From IMG/VR virus record IMGVR_UViG_2600255075_000001, positions 32,001 through 96,000 of that record: a stretch of DNA of 64,000 nucleotides, one strand, 5' to 3'. The stretch is from a virus. Taxonomy: Duplodnaviria > Caudoviricetes. The notes beneath the pieces were generated by a model. It saw only the letters and a list, made by a program, of their open reading frames with translations, was not told the DNA's origin and made no database searches. Every line of letters begins with the position of its first letter. The stretch's first letter is position 1. Shown piece after piece: positions 31,414 to 43,138 of the stretch. The position numbers were made by a program, and so were the translations under genes.

Positions 31414-31929
31414 TTAAACGATCAAGTAAGCCCAAACGACGTATAACAAATACACAAATAAAGGATGTGCCAGTATTGTAATTACCTGAGCTAACCTGTT
31501 TTCCTTTATTAGCTTCTCAATTCTTAACACTTCGTGATGCAATCCTGTCTTTCTGCAATATTCAATTGCATAGTTATTTGCATCCATCTCTTTTCTATTG
31601 AATGAGTAATAGATTAAATATAAAGCGCGCGCTAGTTTTTTTAATATCCATGGCTTATTACTGCTACTACGAAATGTGTAATTCTCTTTATTTCTATTCT
31701 TATACTGCCAGCTATGTCGCATCTCATGAGCAAGAATTCCAATGTTATTTGTGTCTGCAACAGCTACAAACTCGGGGTTTTCTTCCCAAACATGTGCCCC
31801 TAAAAATAACGAACCATATTTTTTAGTTTTTTCTTTTGCCTCTTCTCCAAAGAAGACTAAGGGATCGACATTCAGTTCTCGTTTTAGGTTTTCAGTATGA
31901 GCGTAAAAAAGCGTTTTCTCATCTACCAT
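31414..31929 (-). CDS. Zincin-like metallopeptidase domain protein with a C-terminal TM segment
   Basis: LAHEMRHSWQ (HExxH) and EMDA motifs. Confidence 0.65.
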   Translation of the reverse strand: MVDEKTLFYAHTENLKRELNVDPLVFFGEEAKEKTKKYGSLFLGAHVWEENPEFVAVADTNNIGILAHEMRHSWQYKNRNKENYTFRSSSNKPWILKKLARALYLIYYSFNRKEMDANNYAIEYCRKTGLHHEVLRIEKLIKENRLAQVITILAHPLFVYLLYVVWAYLIV

Positions 31930-32055
31930 GTAACTATCTCCCTATGTATAATCGTTTATTTTTACAGAACAGACATTGCTCTTCACCAAGTACTTAAAGC
32001 ATATTTCTTCTTCTTTATACAAGTCAATTCTTGTATAAAATATTCATTTCATTTT

Positions 32056-32319
32056 TTAATGTCTATTAATACCATACTCATTAACCAACCGGCAAATGTG
32101 AGATTTTTTAATTGCAATGATTTCATCTTCAGATAGTTCTTTAAAAAAATCTTCGTATGTAAATTCGGGAAACATCTTTTTCAATTGAGAAATCCGTTTT
32201 TCCGGAATAACCCCTGTCTTTAGCCAAATAGATATATTCGCCCTGTTAATTCCTATACTATTAGCAATATCTGAATAAGTTTTTCCATAAAGATTACAAG
32301 CCAATCTTAAACCGTTCAA
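32056..32319 (-). CDS. XRE-type HTH protein
   Basis: TYSDIANSIGINRANISIW. Confidence 0.7.
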   Translation of the reverse strand: MNGLRLACNLYGKTYSDIANSIGINRANISIWLKTGVIPEKRISQLKKMFPEFTYEDFFKELSEDEIIAIKKSHICRLVNEYGINRH

Positions 32320-32932
32320 TAATTTTCACGCTCCTATAAGTTGAGCAATTTGATAAAAGGATCATTTTATTGCTTAAAACACTCTAATTATTTGTTCGGT
32401 TTTCTTTTTTAAATACTCAATCTCTTTTGACTGCGATTTAATCAGTGCTAACATTCCAGTAATTACTGGATCATTTCTATAGTGTCTATCATCGATTAGT
32501 TTTTCAAGTTCTTTTATTTTCAACGTCGCCCACTCCTTCTAACTCATCGAGTATATATTGATAAGCTGCTACTTTACCCTCCCAATAACCTAAACTATAG
32601 CCCCCAAAATAATTATGAGTTTGTTCTGGATTTTCTCCATGTTCATTTTTATAGGTGAAAGCTCTTCGTTTAGCATAAGTTATCCTCTTTGCTAAAAAAT
32701 CTCTAATGTCTTGCATTTATCCGAATTCCTCCTAGATAAATAAAATATAGTTTTATCGTATATCATACATATATATTATATTCTTTTATTATATTAACGT
32801 CAATCCTTTTTCACTTAAAAAGCCTAATTAGTTTTTACACTAATTAGGCCTATGTACCGGTAGACATTCTGGATCAAATCCTTTACATTCACAATTGCAA
32901 TCCATAATGTATTATTTTATTATCAAAGAACG

Positions 32933-33340
32933 TTAATTAAACATGTCAGCACAACTTATTTTATGAGCCTGCGTAACTTTCTGCATTACATCGCTACTCA
33001 ACTCGGCTACTTTGTTTATTAGCCTTGATTTGTCAACCGTTCTGACCTGCTCTAACATAACAACAGAATCCAAGAGTACTCCATCTACACCCCCTTCTAA
33101 GACAACATGTGTAGGCAGTTTTGCTTTTTGGATTTGAGACGAAATAGCTGCTACAATTACAGTAGTTCCAAACTTGTTACCCTTTTGATTACTGATGATT
33201 ACGCAAGGTCTAATGCCTCCTTGCTCAGATCCCACGTTTCCATCAAGCCTAACAGTCCAAACTTCTCCCCTATTCACTTCTACTTTCTGTGTCATTCTAT
33301 TCACATCGCTATACTTCCGTTCTAATACTGCAGCCATCAA
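32933..33340 (-). CDS. mazF: MazF/PemK (EndoA-like) endoribonuclease with no adjacent antitoxin
   Basis: RGEVW...GSEQGGIRPCVIISN...KAKLPTHV...LEQVRTVDKSRL. Confidence 0.9.
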   Translation of the reverse strand: MMAAVLERKYSDVNRMTQKVEVNRGEVWTVRLDGNVGSEQGGIRPCVIISNQKGNKFGTTVIVAAISSQIQKAKLPTHVVLEGGVDGVLLDSVVMLEQVRTVDKSRLINKVAELSSDVMQKVTQAHKISCADMFN

Positions 33341-33556
33341 TCGATCTCTCCTTTTTGATTTTTCGCTATATTTTCATTTTTTATTCACAATAGTATTATA
33401 CCCCCTATTATAAAGAACAAAACTATAAAATACAATAGTTATTTGTCAAATGGAAAATCGCTCAAAAAACAAAGTATTTTATCCTTTACATAAATGGATA
33501 GGCATGGTAATGGAATAAATTCCCTCCAAACTGGATAGATTTAATATTATACGGAG

Positions 33557-34042
33557 GTGGCACATTTGAGGAAAGATAATTGGACAAGCCAGGAAGATAA
33601 GATTCTGGCAGATACTATTCTCGCACATATTGCAAGCGGAAGCACTCAACTACAAGCTTTTGAAGAGGTGTCAGCAAAAGTCGATAGATCTTCAGCAGCG
33701 TGTGGATTTAGATGGAATAGCGAATTAAGAAAGATCTATACTGAAGAGATTAAGAAGGCTAAAACTGCGCGCGCCGAATCCAAAATGAAAAGATCAAATA
33801 ATGATTACTCAGAACAGGTTGAGCAAGACTACGAAGATACCTTTGGCGGTTTACTCGAAAAGTTGAAATCAAAAATAAGCTTACTTGAAAAAGAGTTAGA
33901 TCGAGTAAAGAATGAAAACACCAGATTGAAAATTACTTTACAGGATAGCAGGCCGGATGTGGTTTTGAGCGAGGATTTTAAAAACATGATAAAAATAATT
34001 GAACGCGCCAGATCACTAGGCGTCTTAGAGAAGACAAGTTAA
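33557..34042 (+). CDS. rsfA: RsfA family sporulation transcription regulator
   Basis: RKDNWTSQED..LA...GSTQLQAFEEV...RSSAACGFRWNS. Confidence 0.88.
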   Translation: MAHLRKDNWTSQEDKILADTILAHIASGSTQLQAFEEVSAKVDRSSAACGFRWNSELRKIYTEEIKKAKTARAESKMKRSNNDYSEQVEQDYEDTFGGLLEKLKSKISLLEKELDRVKNENTRLKITLQDSRPDVVLSEDFKNMIKIIERARSLGVLEKTS

Positions 34043-34070
34043 CCCCCACCATAAGGTAGGGGTTTTTTAT
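34041..34070 (+). terminator. Terminator between the convergent rsfA and ligase genes
   Basis: AACCCCCACC-N4-GGTAGGGGTT followed by a T tract. Confidence 0.7.
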
Positions 34071-34904
34071 TTATAAAACATATTCAACAAACACTGGCGA
34101 TCTCAATAGTCCTTTTTTAGTCCAATTTCTTGTTTTAATCCGAGCCTTTATTAGCGGCTCAAGATAGACAGTACTTTTGTCTTCTTTGTAAGTGATCGAT
34201 CTTTTTATGACATTGAATGCTTTTTTTGCTTCTGGATTCACACCCAATTCAATAACACCGGCAGCTCTCATTTTGCCTGTCTCATCTATAACTGATGTGA
34301 GCCATCCAAATTCGTTCTTTTTATAACCTGTAATAAACACTTCGGCATATGTCCAATTTATTACCTTCTGCCAATTCCAAGATCTCTTGCCTATTTCGTA
34401 TCTTGACTCTGCCATCTTTTGAACTAAGCCCTCTAATGCATTTGCCTCTACAAGCTCATAAAGGGCACTAGCTGAGCCGAGAGACCATTTAACCTGTTTA
34501 TATGACTCCGTCTCACTAAAAGATTCCGAAAGCAATTCTTTTCGTTTTAACAGTGGCAATCCTGATGTATCAATTCCTTTATATCTTATAATATCAAATG
34601 CAAAGAATGTGACTAAGGTTTTATCGGTTTTGGACTTGAATCTTTTAGATAATGCTTCGAAATCAGGTTTTCCTTGGGCGTCAATTATGACTACCTCTCC
34701 ATCAATAATTGTTCCTTCTGGTAATGGACAATCTAGCAACTCTGAAAATATAGACGTTACCTCGTTATTGTGCCGAGTGTATAATTTCACACCATTTATA
34801 GTACTGATTATCAGTCTAAATCCATCAAACTTCAATTCATTTATATAAGCAGCTTCATCACTTGGATTATTTGCCGTTTGTAAAAGCATAGGAGAAACAA
34901 ACAT
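34071..34904 (-). CDS. ATP-dependent DNA ligase (SPbeta LigB/LigD ligase-like)
   Basis: ELKFDGFR, IDGEVV, FDII, EGLVQK and WQKVIN motifs. Confidence 0.9.
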   Translation of the reverse strand: MFVSPMLLQTANNPSDEAAYINELKFDGFRLIISTINGVKLYTRHNNEVTSIFSELLDCPLPEGTIIDGEVVIIDAQGKPDFEALSKRFKSKTDKTLVTFFAFDIIRYKGIDTSGLPLLKRKELLSESFSETESYKQVKWSLGSASALYELVEANALEGLVQKMAESRYEIGKRSWNWQKVINWTYAEVFITGYKKNEFGWLTSVIDETGKMRAAGVIELGVNPEAKKAFNVIKRSITYKEDKSTVYLEPLIKARIKTRNWTKKGLLRSPVFVEYVL

Positions 34905-35232
34905 TTTTCATCACCCAATTACATTGTAACTCTTTTTCAAAAGATATTTATCTAGTAAGTATTGGGTTAATGAAGATCTCCAACAATAGTTACGTACCAT
35001 GCTATAGCACCAGATATTAAAAATCCTAACATTAAAGTTAACCAGAATATTCTAAGGATTTTCTTGACTACATTGAATATACGAATCATCTCACTAACTC
35101 CATTTCAATTTTTACACTTATTGGAATTATATCACCTCTGACCCCATAATGTAAATTTTATCTGAAAATATCTTATAGGATATGTTTGGGATATGAACAA
35201 TTGTCTACACTTACCATTAGGAGTGTGGACAG

Positions 35233-35604
35233 ATGAATCGATTTAAAAATGAAGAATCCTATCTACTTTTGCTCGGTGCAAGGATCAAGCAAATTAGAAA
35301 TGATAAAGGTATAACTCAAGAGGAATTGGCTGAAAGAATGAATACTTCGAGTCCTTATATTGGCAATGTTGAACGTGGTCAAAAAAACATTACATTATCG
35401 TCGTTATTCAGGTTTGCTGACGCTCTAAATGTCCGCGTAATGGATTTATTTGCTTTCGAAGCATTCTCTGATACCGGCATTGTGAAACCCTCAGAATTAG
35501 CAATTACAGAAGATAAGATGTTGCCACTTATTGAATTACTTTCGCAGTGTAATACAGCGGATAGAGATAAAATATACCGCATGCTTATTGAATTTCTAAA
35601 GTAA
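35233..35604 (+). CDS. XRE family HTH regulator
   Basis: LGARIKQIR..KGITQEELAE...YIGNVERGQKN. Confidence 0.85.
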   Translation: MNRFKNEESYLLLLGARIKQIRNDKGITQEELAERMNTSSPYIGNVERGQKNITLSSLFRFADALNVRVMDLFAFEAFSDTGIVKPSELAITEDKMLPLIELLSQCNTADRDKIYRMLIEFLK

Positions 35605-35845
35605 AAGCCATATGAAATACAAATTTTATCGTGGAATAAAAAGTGGCCGCTGTTATACGGCCACACGGTTTCCTTTAGTTACATAAAAAATATTGTCATC
35701 CTTACACATTTGAGTAAACAAGTTGAATTTTTCAAAATCGTCAAATGTGTAATTGTTTATGGCTAACTCATTTCTCCACTTTTCAATTGTTGTAACTGTA
35801 TACATGAACATTCTCCTCCGTATTAAGCTCATAAGTTGTATTGTT

Positions 35846-36860
35846 CTATTCCGAGCTCTCAGATACAAAGTGGTTGTAAAGAGCCTGGAGTCCATTTACA
35901 CGCCCCCAAACCTGATCCTTCTTTGTAGTCCCCCCAACGCAGTAGCGACGATAAGAATCCCCCTTTTTGTTATTCTGTGAGTACCATTGTAAAAACGCCG
36001 ATACTTTTTCTTGATCGCTGTTATTCAAGAATAAGGCGACCATCGAAGGAATATTTACCTTCGTTACGAACTTGGATTTGTCCTGGAATGTTTTCTCAAT
36101 GTTGTTATATGCAGAATCGAGTAATTGTAGTGTCTCATCTTCAATTTCGTTTTGTTTAAAGATAGCTTCAACATCCTTTGTTGAAAAAGAGGGGAAATCT
36201 AATTTACCCGCGATAATTATGGATTGAAGTATGCACATTTGACGATCCGATTTCTTAATACTTCCCTCCGGGAAATGTGCAACGTTTAGAAACAGGCCGC
36301 TTTTATTAATTCTTTCATGTCCATAGTTTTGAACTTTTTTCGAAGCAGATACAAAAGCAAGATGCTCTTTTGAAACAGGTTTTCCGTTATTCAGTCTATA
36401 AAAGACAGTGTCTATGATACTTTCTTCATCATCGTTCTCATCGAATTCCAAAACCCTGAAGGTTATCATAAAACTGTTTATTGAATCTTGCACCTCTTCA
36501 GGAAGCTCTGAAAATCTTAATCCGGATATGTCGTAGGTTTCACCATTAGACTCAAGCGTCACCGGTTCCAGCTTCGTCAAAGCAAATTCATCTTTTCTGT
36601 AAGAATAAAAGATGGTAAGCCTTTGTTGACCATCGATGACATCATAGACGTTTACCTGTTTTTCATTAATAATTTTAGGAGTCTGAACAGCATACACATC
36701 AGGAACGAACAAAGTTAGAGACGAATGAATAAGCAACGAATTGTCTTCAATCTTCCATTGCCCTGATGGACGTTGAATAGGGTGATCAAAAGTAATAGTC
36801 CCCCCGCTCGATCATGCTGCAAATTTGTTTAACGTTCCAGGATAAAGGTTTTCTAATCAT
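35846..36860 (-). pseudogene. DUF262 (ParB-like) protein frameshifted in a G6 run at 36800-36805
   Basis: ATG at 36860 with RBS. Removing one G gives ERGTITFDHPIQR, in frame with DGQQRLT and FYRLNNG. Confidence 0.75.
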
Positions 36861-37649
36861 ATATTAGTGCCTCCTGAAGAATTCGATATGGTAATATTGT
36901 ACAACGAGTCATTTGTTGCTGTTACCAATTTTGCTAGCTAGATGATAAAATCAATGTTTTATTACCTATATGTACTTAAAATGCTTATGCGAATGATACA
37001 ACCATTTCATGATACAACTTGATATAGTGTTCATCGATTATTTCATATGCGCGCGGAGAAAAATATACACTGTTCATCTTATCAGCGGCCGCGGTTCTTT
37101 CATTGATAAATTCAATTAAATCGTCTGCATCATCGAATATTTTCGTTTGAGATTTTCTAGTATCGATCTTAGTAGCATCTCTCAAGCTAATGACAACACT
37201 CCTGCTCTCATCAATAACATCAAGATTGCCGTATTTGTTTATAGCAGTGTGATAACTACTCATAATAAAAACTCCTTAATAAATTTAATTAGTATACTTT
37301 TATTTTATAATTCATCATTCATTAATTTTATTGAAATGATCCCTTTAGATAGAAAACTGTCGGATAAAGCGAACTCGCCATCTTTGTCAAAAAAGAAGTT
37401 GTATTCTCCTTCCTTCCGACTAAAAGTTGCAAGTTTAATGACGACACCATAATCTAACGAGTATATGTTTCCTGGTGTAAAATCCATATTCGCTTCACCC
37501 CTTCTATGTATTTCCTACTCCTTTATTATAACACAAACTAGATTAATAGTATAGTTTTATTTTATTAATCAAACGATGAAAACAGTTTTTCATCGTTCTA
37601 TAACTTCATACCTCTCTATATTTCCCCTTGAACATCAAACCATTTACCA

Positions 37650-38525
37650 TCACCATATTCTACTCACTTCGTCATTCGTTTGAGATAAAACAATTTCATT
37701 TCTTTTTGTAATATTTTTATCTTTCATAAGTCTTCCTATTTCAAATAATGCCGCGAACTCAACTGATAATGCCTTTGCGATTATCGTGTTACCGTTGGTT
37801 CTGTAAAAATTTATTCCATCAGTATATACATGCTCATATATAGGACTAATATCATAAACATATGCAGGTTTAAGATCTCCAACACCATTTAATATTCCTG
37901 CTGAAATAGAGTGATTACCTCCATTTACAAAGCCTATCCTCATTGGCAACCAAAATTCAATGTTATGATTGTTGCTTTTCTCCTCCCATTCACCCCAAAA
38001 CCGACCTTTGCCAATGTTAACCATCGAGTTTAATTGTCTCCCTTTATTCCAAGGCCAAGGTAGTACAAGATCCTCTTTCAAAACTACTCGTTCATTTTCT
38101 GCAGGTAAATCCATGAAGAAATCATACATCTTTTTGCCGTTACTTTTGTCGATCACCTCGGATATACTAAACAAGACATGCCATGCATCAATATTCGGTA
38201 ACCTCTCAAATTCCTTGCCTTGATATAAAAGGTTTGTAATGTACTTAGTTTGCAGCCGTAATCCTATAAGTTTAATAGTATCAAATATTGGATGACGTTC
38301 TGGCATTTCGATCTGATCGCATTTTATTTGCCTTTGCTCGTGATTTTCAATCACGATCTTTGCATAGCTCATTAAATTATCGAACAATATCTTCTTTTGA
38401 CCAAAGGATGCTTTGACATCTGAGTTATAAACACTAGTTTTTTCGTCCGCTTCTTCCTTTGATAATTTACTCATTATATGCTTGAAAAAATCTATTAGTT
38501 TCTCCCCCTTATATAGAATAAACAT
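37650..38525 (-). CDS. DUF6710-like protein
   Basis: VLPWPW...NH...WLPM..GGNHSISAG pattern. Confidence 0.55.
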   Translation of the reverse strand: MFILYKGEKLIDFFKHIMSKLSKEEADEKTSVYNSDVKASFGQKKILFDNLMSYAKIVIENHEQRQIKCDQIEMPERHPIFDTIKLIGLRLQTKYITNLLYQGKEFERLPNIDAWHVLFSISEVIDKSNGKKMYDFFMDLPAENERVVLKEDLVLPWPWNKGRQLNSMVNIGKGRFWGEWEEKSNNHNIEFWLPMRIGFVNGGNHSISAGILNGVGDLKPAYVYDISPIYEHVYTDGINFYRTNGNTIIAKALSVEFAALFEIGRLMKDKNITKRNEIVLSQTNDEVSRIW

Positions 38526-38710
38526 ACAGGAAGTTTATACCACATTTTGAATTATGACTTCTTACTATGAGCAAGCAAACTTGTTTATTGGTATGACGCT
38601 CAGCCAAATGAATTTGTGAGATTTAATATATCTCGTTCTATACAAATTTGTGTTCACCATATTTATTTATGTAATGAAATAGCCATTTCATAAAATTTCC
38701 TCATTGTTAA

Positions 38711-39508
38711 TTACCATCTAAACATATCATTGCTATCACTATTTGTACTGTTGGCATTCGAAAACCCGTCCAAATCAGGAAATAAGGTTTCATTTCTAAT
38801 GTCAAAACAATCAATTAAAATTTTTCGGCACTCCAATTTTAATTTAGCTGTGATTGCAATACTTAAATTGGCGTTATTTTCCTTAGGTAATTTTAAACTG
38901 CCACTTTTTATTCCGCTTACATCGCTGTATAAAAATACTCCATGTTGAGCTGCAATTCTCTTCGATACGACGGGAGTTTCAATGAACATAGGATGATCGT
39001 ATTTACTTAGATCCTTTGTTAAATCACTATAATCACGATCATCAAGAACACCTTCAATACCACCCCCTACAAAATTTGTATGTACACCTAACAATAGTCC
39101 TGTTTTGTCTTGATTCGCTTGAACACAAAACCATAAACCAACTAGTGAGTTTTTAGAAAAATCAACAAGCCTTGTCGCTGCTCCGTGATGTTGCAATTTG
39201 GCAAGAAGTTCTGAATCACTAATCTCATTCCCATACAGCTTTCCGTAGCCTTTGTGTCTCGCTTGTTTTATCAGAGATTCTTCATAGTTAATGATATCGT
39301 TCTCTAAAATATTGGGCTTCGAATTAATCAGTTTTCGATAGGCGCCACTATGTATAGGCCAATCAATATTACTTTGACCCCGCCATAACCTAACATTATT
39401 GTATCTTCCAGAATTATTAATAATGACCAACTCAGTTAATTCTAAAAAAGATTCTGGTGCAAATACTTCGCCAAATAATTCAGTTTGTAAGAACTTCATA
39501 ATATCCAC
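38711..39508 (-). CDS. FRG domain protein
   Basis: WRGQSN, LQHHGAATRLVDFS and RIAAQHGVF motifs. Confidence 0.85.
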   Translation of the reverse strand: MDIMKFLQTELFGEVFAPESFLELTELVIINNSGRYNNVRLWRGQSNIDWPIHSGAYRKLINSKPNILENDIINYEESLIKQARHKGYGKLYGNEISDSELLAKLQHHGAATRLVDFSKNSLVGLWFCVQANQDKTGLLLGVHTNFVGGGIEGVLDDRDYSDLTKDLSKYDHPMFIETPVVSKRIAAQHGVFLYSDVSGIKSGSLKLPKENNANLSIAITAKLKLECRKILIDCFDIRNETLFPDLDGFSNANSTNSDSNDMFRW

Positions 39509-40008
39509 CTCGTGACTCGTTCAGTTAATGTAAATTAATTTAGAATAAAACAGTCATTTCATTTCAAATTCATAAATATCGAATTCGTCCCAGATTTGCC
39601 ACTTTACATTTGATAGTTTTTCAAGGTCAATATTTCTCATTCCATGACTTAAATATGCTTTATCACGTGTTCCATTTATTACATCTAGTATTCTATTATT
39701 GATTCCCTCAACGGACTGATCAACCAGAATATAAGATGCCCCACCATCTAAAGTATCTTCAAATTGAAACTTGGAGCCTCGCGATTCCTGAATTAATCCC
39801 TTTAATTTGCGTTTATAAAACTTTGGCTTATAATCAATTTCAAGCATTTCTCTTTTCCTCTCTTTCCTCATAAAATAACCCTTATATCGCCCATTTGCAT
39901 TATATATTCTTATTATACTGATTTAACCAAAACAATCATAGGTAGGGTAACATTTGTTCCATTAAACTTTGATTATGTATTCCTTGATCCTTTTGATCGA
40001 CGCCGCTG

Positions 40009-42630
40009 TTATATAGCTTCTGCCGCGTCATCCTCCATCTTATCAATAATAACTAGGACAGTATTAACTGAGGTTCCCGATTCTTTAAAAGATCCTTCGG
40101 GTAACATATCGTAGTATCCACGCTCATTTAACCATTCGCGGAATTCTACACTTTTAAAATCGTTCGCAAAGGTGAAATGAGGAGACATGATAGCAACAAT
40201 ACGTCCACCATTCTTTAGGCACTTATAGGCATGCTGCACATGGGCTATGTCTTTGTTGCGTTCGAATGGAGGATTCATAATGATTTTGTCGAAATGGTTA
40301 TATCTAACATGTTCAAGGAAATCATATCCAACAATATTGTATTGTTTAAGTTCTAAAATCTCACGAAGTGAACTGTTCCACTCTATCCCCTCTAGATCCG
40401 CAGCTATGCCGTTTTGCTGACAATGTGCTGTTATACTGTCTAGAATGTTCCCATTACCCGCAGACGGTTCGAGGACTGTCTCTCCGTCTTTAATATCTGC
40501 ATAGCTCAGCATGTGTTCAACAATGGTTTTAGGTGTAGGATAGTAGCCGTCTATTTTCTTGAATTTAACCTCAGCTTCAAGTTTCTTGATTTTCTTTATT
40601 ATTGGGTTTACCGGCTTCTCAATTTCCGCGATGATTGTTTCATATTCATCTAATGCACTGTTGTATTGATATGTATTGCATATATTCGCTCTATTAAGCA
40701 TCTTTTGTTTTTTGGGAACTTGAAGATTCCACATGCCATCAAGAGGTAAACTATAATCAATTTCAGGATATTTAGTCTCCCGTTTAAACTTTGTTCTTGA
40801 GATAAATCGATTATGAATGTCATCTCTAAACGTACCAACTAAAAGAGCTTGTTCTAATTGTGTCATGCTGTTATGGATTGCTTTATCTTTTAGATATTGA
40901 AGCAAAGCAATTTCAAGTCGTAGCCTTTCCCGCTTATTTTCTCTATTTTCCTCCTCATTTTGACGCTTCCATGTGTTAGTAAGATAGTTTCTGCTTATTG
41001 CATTAAGTTTCTTTTGTGCCGATTCAATTTGCTTCTCAATCTTGCCAATATTTTGTTCCTGATTGGATGAAATTGGGTTTTTATCGGTTTTCTCTCCATT
41101 TTGCTGTTTCATCTTTGAGCTGCTGATATTCATTACTTTTAGCGATTCCAGAGCCTCCACAATGAGGGAAGAGCCTTGCCCATAGGAACGGAATAGTCCA
41201 ATCAAGATCTCGGATACGAAGAAGCCTCTTTCTTTTACATAGTCCGATATCTTTGCTTTATATTCTGTTTTCTCTTCCTCAGTTTCTGGACGCTTAATAT
41301 TGCCATACTGATCCGACATAATAGATGTGGAATAGTCCATAATCCAATCTGCAGCATCTTCTATGGTAATGCTGGTATCATGAGCGCCGGCTGTTATAGG
41401 TGATTCTTGAGCCTCTGCAAAGCCTAATAGCGCTTTTAACTCTGCTGTGATATCGTGACCATTCTTCGATTTGGTAATAAGTTGTGATGCTTTGTCTTTA
41501 GTAATGACAAGGTTTGTCGTATTGAGTTTTGTAGCACAATGGAGAGCCCACAATTGACGCTTAGTTGCCTGTTTTTCATCAGTTACAGTTTCATTTTTCG
41601 TGTAAGTTTGCTTCTTCTCTGTTGACGCCTCTTCGGTGTCTCCGGACAATGCTGGTGCGTCCATATTTGCTTTAGGTTGTTTACGCGACGTCTTCTTAAA
41701 TACAATTTTCTCTTCATATTCTGTTGCTTCTTGCAATTCAACGATAGAAATGTGTCCTTTCTGAAGGAGATCGTTTATTTTGTCCGTAGACACAAACATT
41801 GTTTTTCCTTTAGCCTTAGAAGGCTTGCCATTCTTGCCAAGTTTGGAAAAAGATCCGCTTTTCTTGTCATCATAAACATACACACATTGCCACTTAGTAC
41901 CCTTCCAATTGCCGTTAGTGTAGTCGCACTTCATAATGAACGTAGTTCCAGTTTTAAAATCTTCTGCTGTTATAAAGGTTTTTTCAACTTCTACAAATTT
42001 AACGATCGTTCTAGGAACAAGTATAATTTCTGATTCAAGTGTATCGGAATTGCGCAGAACCTTTTCGAAACGGTTCACAATAGCAATTACTCTTTCTTGT
42101 TTCTGTTGTTCAGCCGTTTTTGTTTTATCTTTATAATCATAATCATTGCAAGCGAATACGCCGGTTCCCTTGCCTATAATTTGACCGTCCTTTTCAATAT
42201 GCCAAGAACAATTACCTGGATTTTCATAAGTGAATGAAGGGTAAGTTTCAACAACTGTAAATTGCGGTTCCGTATCCCTGCATCTCAGACGTTCGATACC
42301 TGCTAGAGCCGCCGCGCGCTCCCCTTCGGTAGCACCAGAGTTAGCGGCCGCAAGTTTGTGTAATTTTTCTAATTTACGATTAATATCCTGATTGGTTTTA
42401 ACACTGCTATAAAGTACTTGCTTCTTTTCATATCCCGAATAGTATGTATTAGAATGATCGATAACGAGAACATAACCATTTTTTTCAGCGAGACCATCCC
42501 AAGAAGCTGGGTCAAAATAATCAGTCATTGAGTCGCTGCAATCTTCTTTATACCCATAAGTCTTCCAGCCACGTTTAACGAGTTCCCGCATAATTAATAC
42601 TTTAGCTTCTCTCTTATCTCCATACCACAT
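40009..42630 (-). CDS. Large multidomain protein with a C-terminal N6-adenine methyltransferase domain
   Basis: YYPTP, VLEPSAGNG and IMNPPF motifs in the last ~190 aa. Confidence 0.8.
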   Translation of the reverse strand: MWYGDKREAKVLIMRELVKRGWKTYGYKEDCSDSMTDYFDPASWDGLAEKNGYVLVIDHSNTYYSGYEKKQVLYSSVKTNQDINRKLEKLHKLAAANSGATEGERAAALAGIERLRCRDTEPQFTVVETYPSFTYENPGNCSWHIEKDGQIIGKGTGVFACNDYDYKDKTKTAEQQKQERVIAIVNRFEKVLRNSDTLESEIILVPRTIVKFVEVEKTFITAEDFKTGTTFIMKCDYTNGNWKGTKWQCVYVYDDKKSGSFSKLGKNGKPSKAKGKTMFVSTDKINDLLQKGHISIVELQEATEYEEKIVFKKTSRKQPKANMDAPALSGDTEEASTEKKQTYTKNETVTDEKQATKRQLWALHCATKLNTTNLVITKDKASQLITKSKNGHDITAELKALLGFAEAQESPITAGAHDTSITIEDAADWIMDYSTSIMSDQYGNIKRPETEEEKTEYKAKISDYVKERGFFVSEILIGLFRSYGQGSSLIVEALESLKVMNISSSKMKQQNGEKTDKNPISSNQEQNIGKIEKQIESAQKKLNAISRNYLTNTWKRQNEEENRENKRERLRLEIALLQYLKDKAIHNSMTQLEQALLVGTFRDDIHNRFISRTKFKRETKYPEIDYSLPLDGMWNLQVPKKQKMLNRANICNTYQYNSALDEYETIIAEIEKPVNPIIKKIKKLEAEVKFKKIDGYYPTPKTIVEHMLSYADIKDGETVLEPSAGNGNILDSITAHCQQNGIAADLEGIEWNSSLREILELKQYNIVGYDFLEHVRYNHFDKIIMNPPFERNKDIAHVQHAYKCLKNGGRIVAIMSPHFTFANDFKSVEFREWLNERGYYDMLPEGSFKESGTSVNTVLVIIDKMEDDAAEAI

Positions 42631-43138
42631 AATATTACATCTCCTTGCTATGTATTATTTTATTTTTAAATTCAAGATTTAGTTGCTGTTATATGATCAA
42701 TGCAAGGGATAATAGTAACATTTTATTTGGTATTAAAAGAATCGGCTGCAACGTATGAAGCTAAAGTCATTTTTAATAATTCCTTTGTTTTTTTGTCTGT
42801 CTCTTCTTTTATTAATTGTTCAAACTGTTTAATAATTTCATCTTCTTTTGTTTTCATCTAATCGCTCCTTATCGTATAACTGTATAACCGTTTTCTTCTG
42901 CCCATTCTTTAGCATTTTTTCTACTATTCAATACATTTATTACCCATCCACCAGCCTCGCACAAAGAGCCAGTTAGAGGATAAAATCTTAAAGCTTTTAT
43001 TTCCCATTTTCTATTCTTATTATTTAATGCAACTCGCCCATCGAACCTAATAGGTATATTTAATTCTTGATTCATCGTTTTATCCTCCTATGAAATTAAA
43101 ATTTCATTGCCTGATTAAATACAAGCACAGTATTCTAA

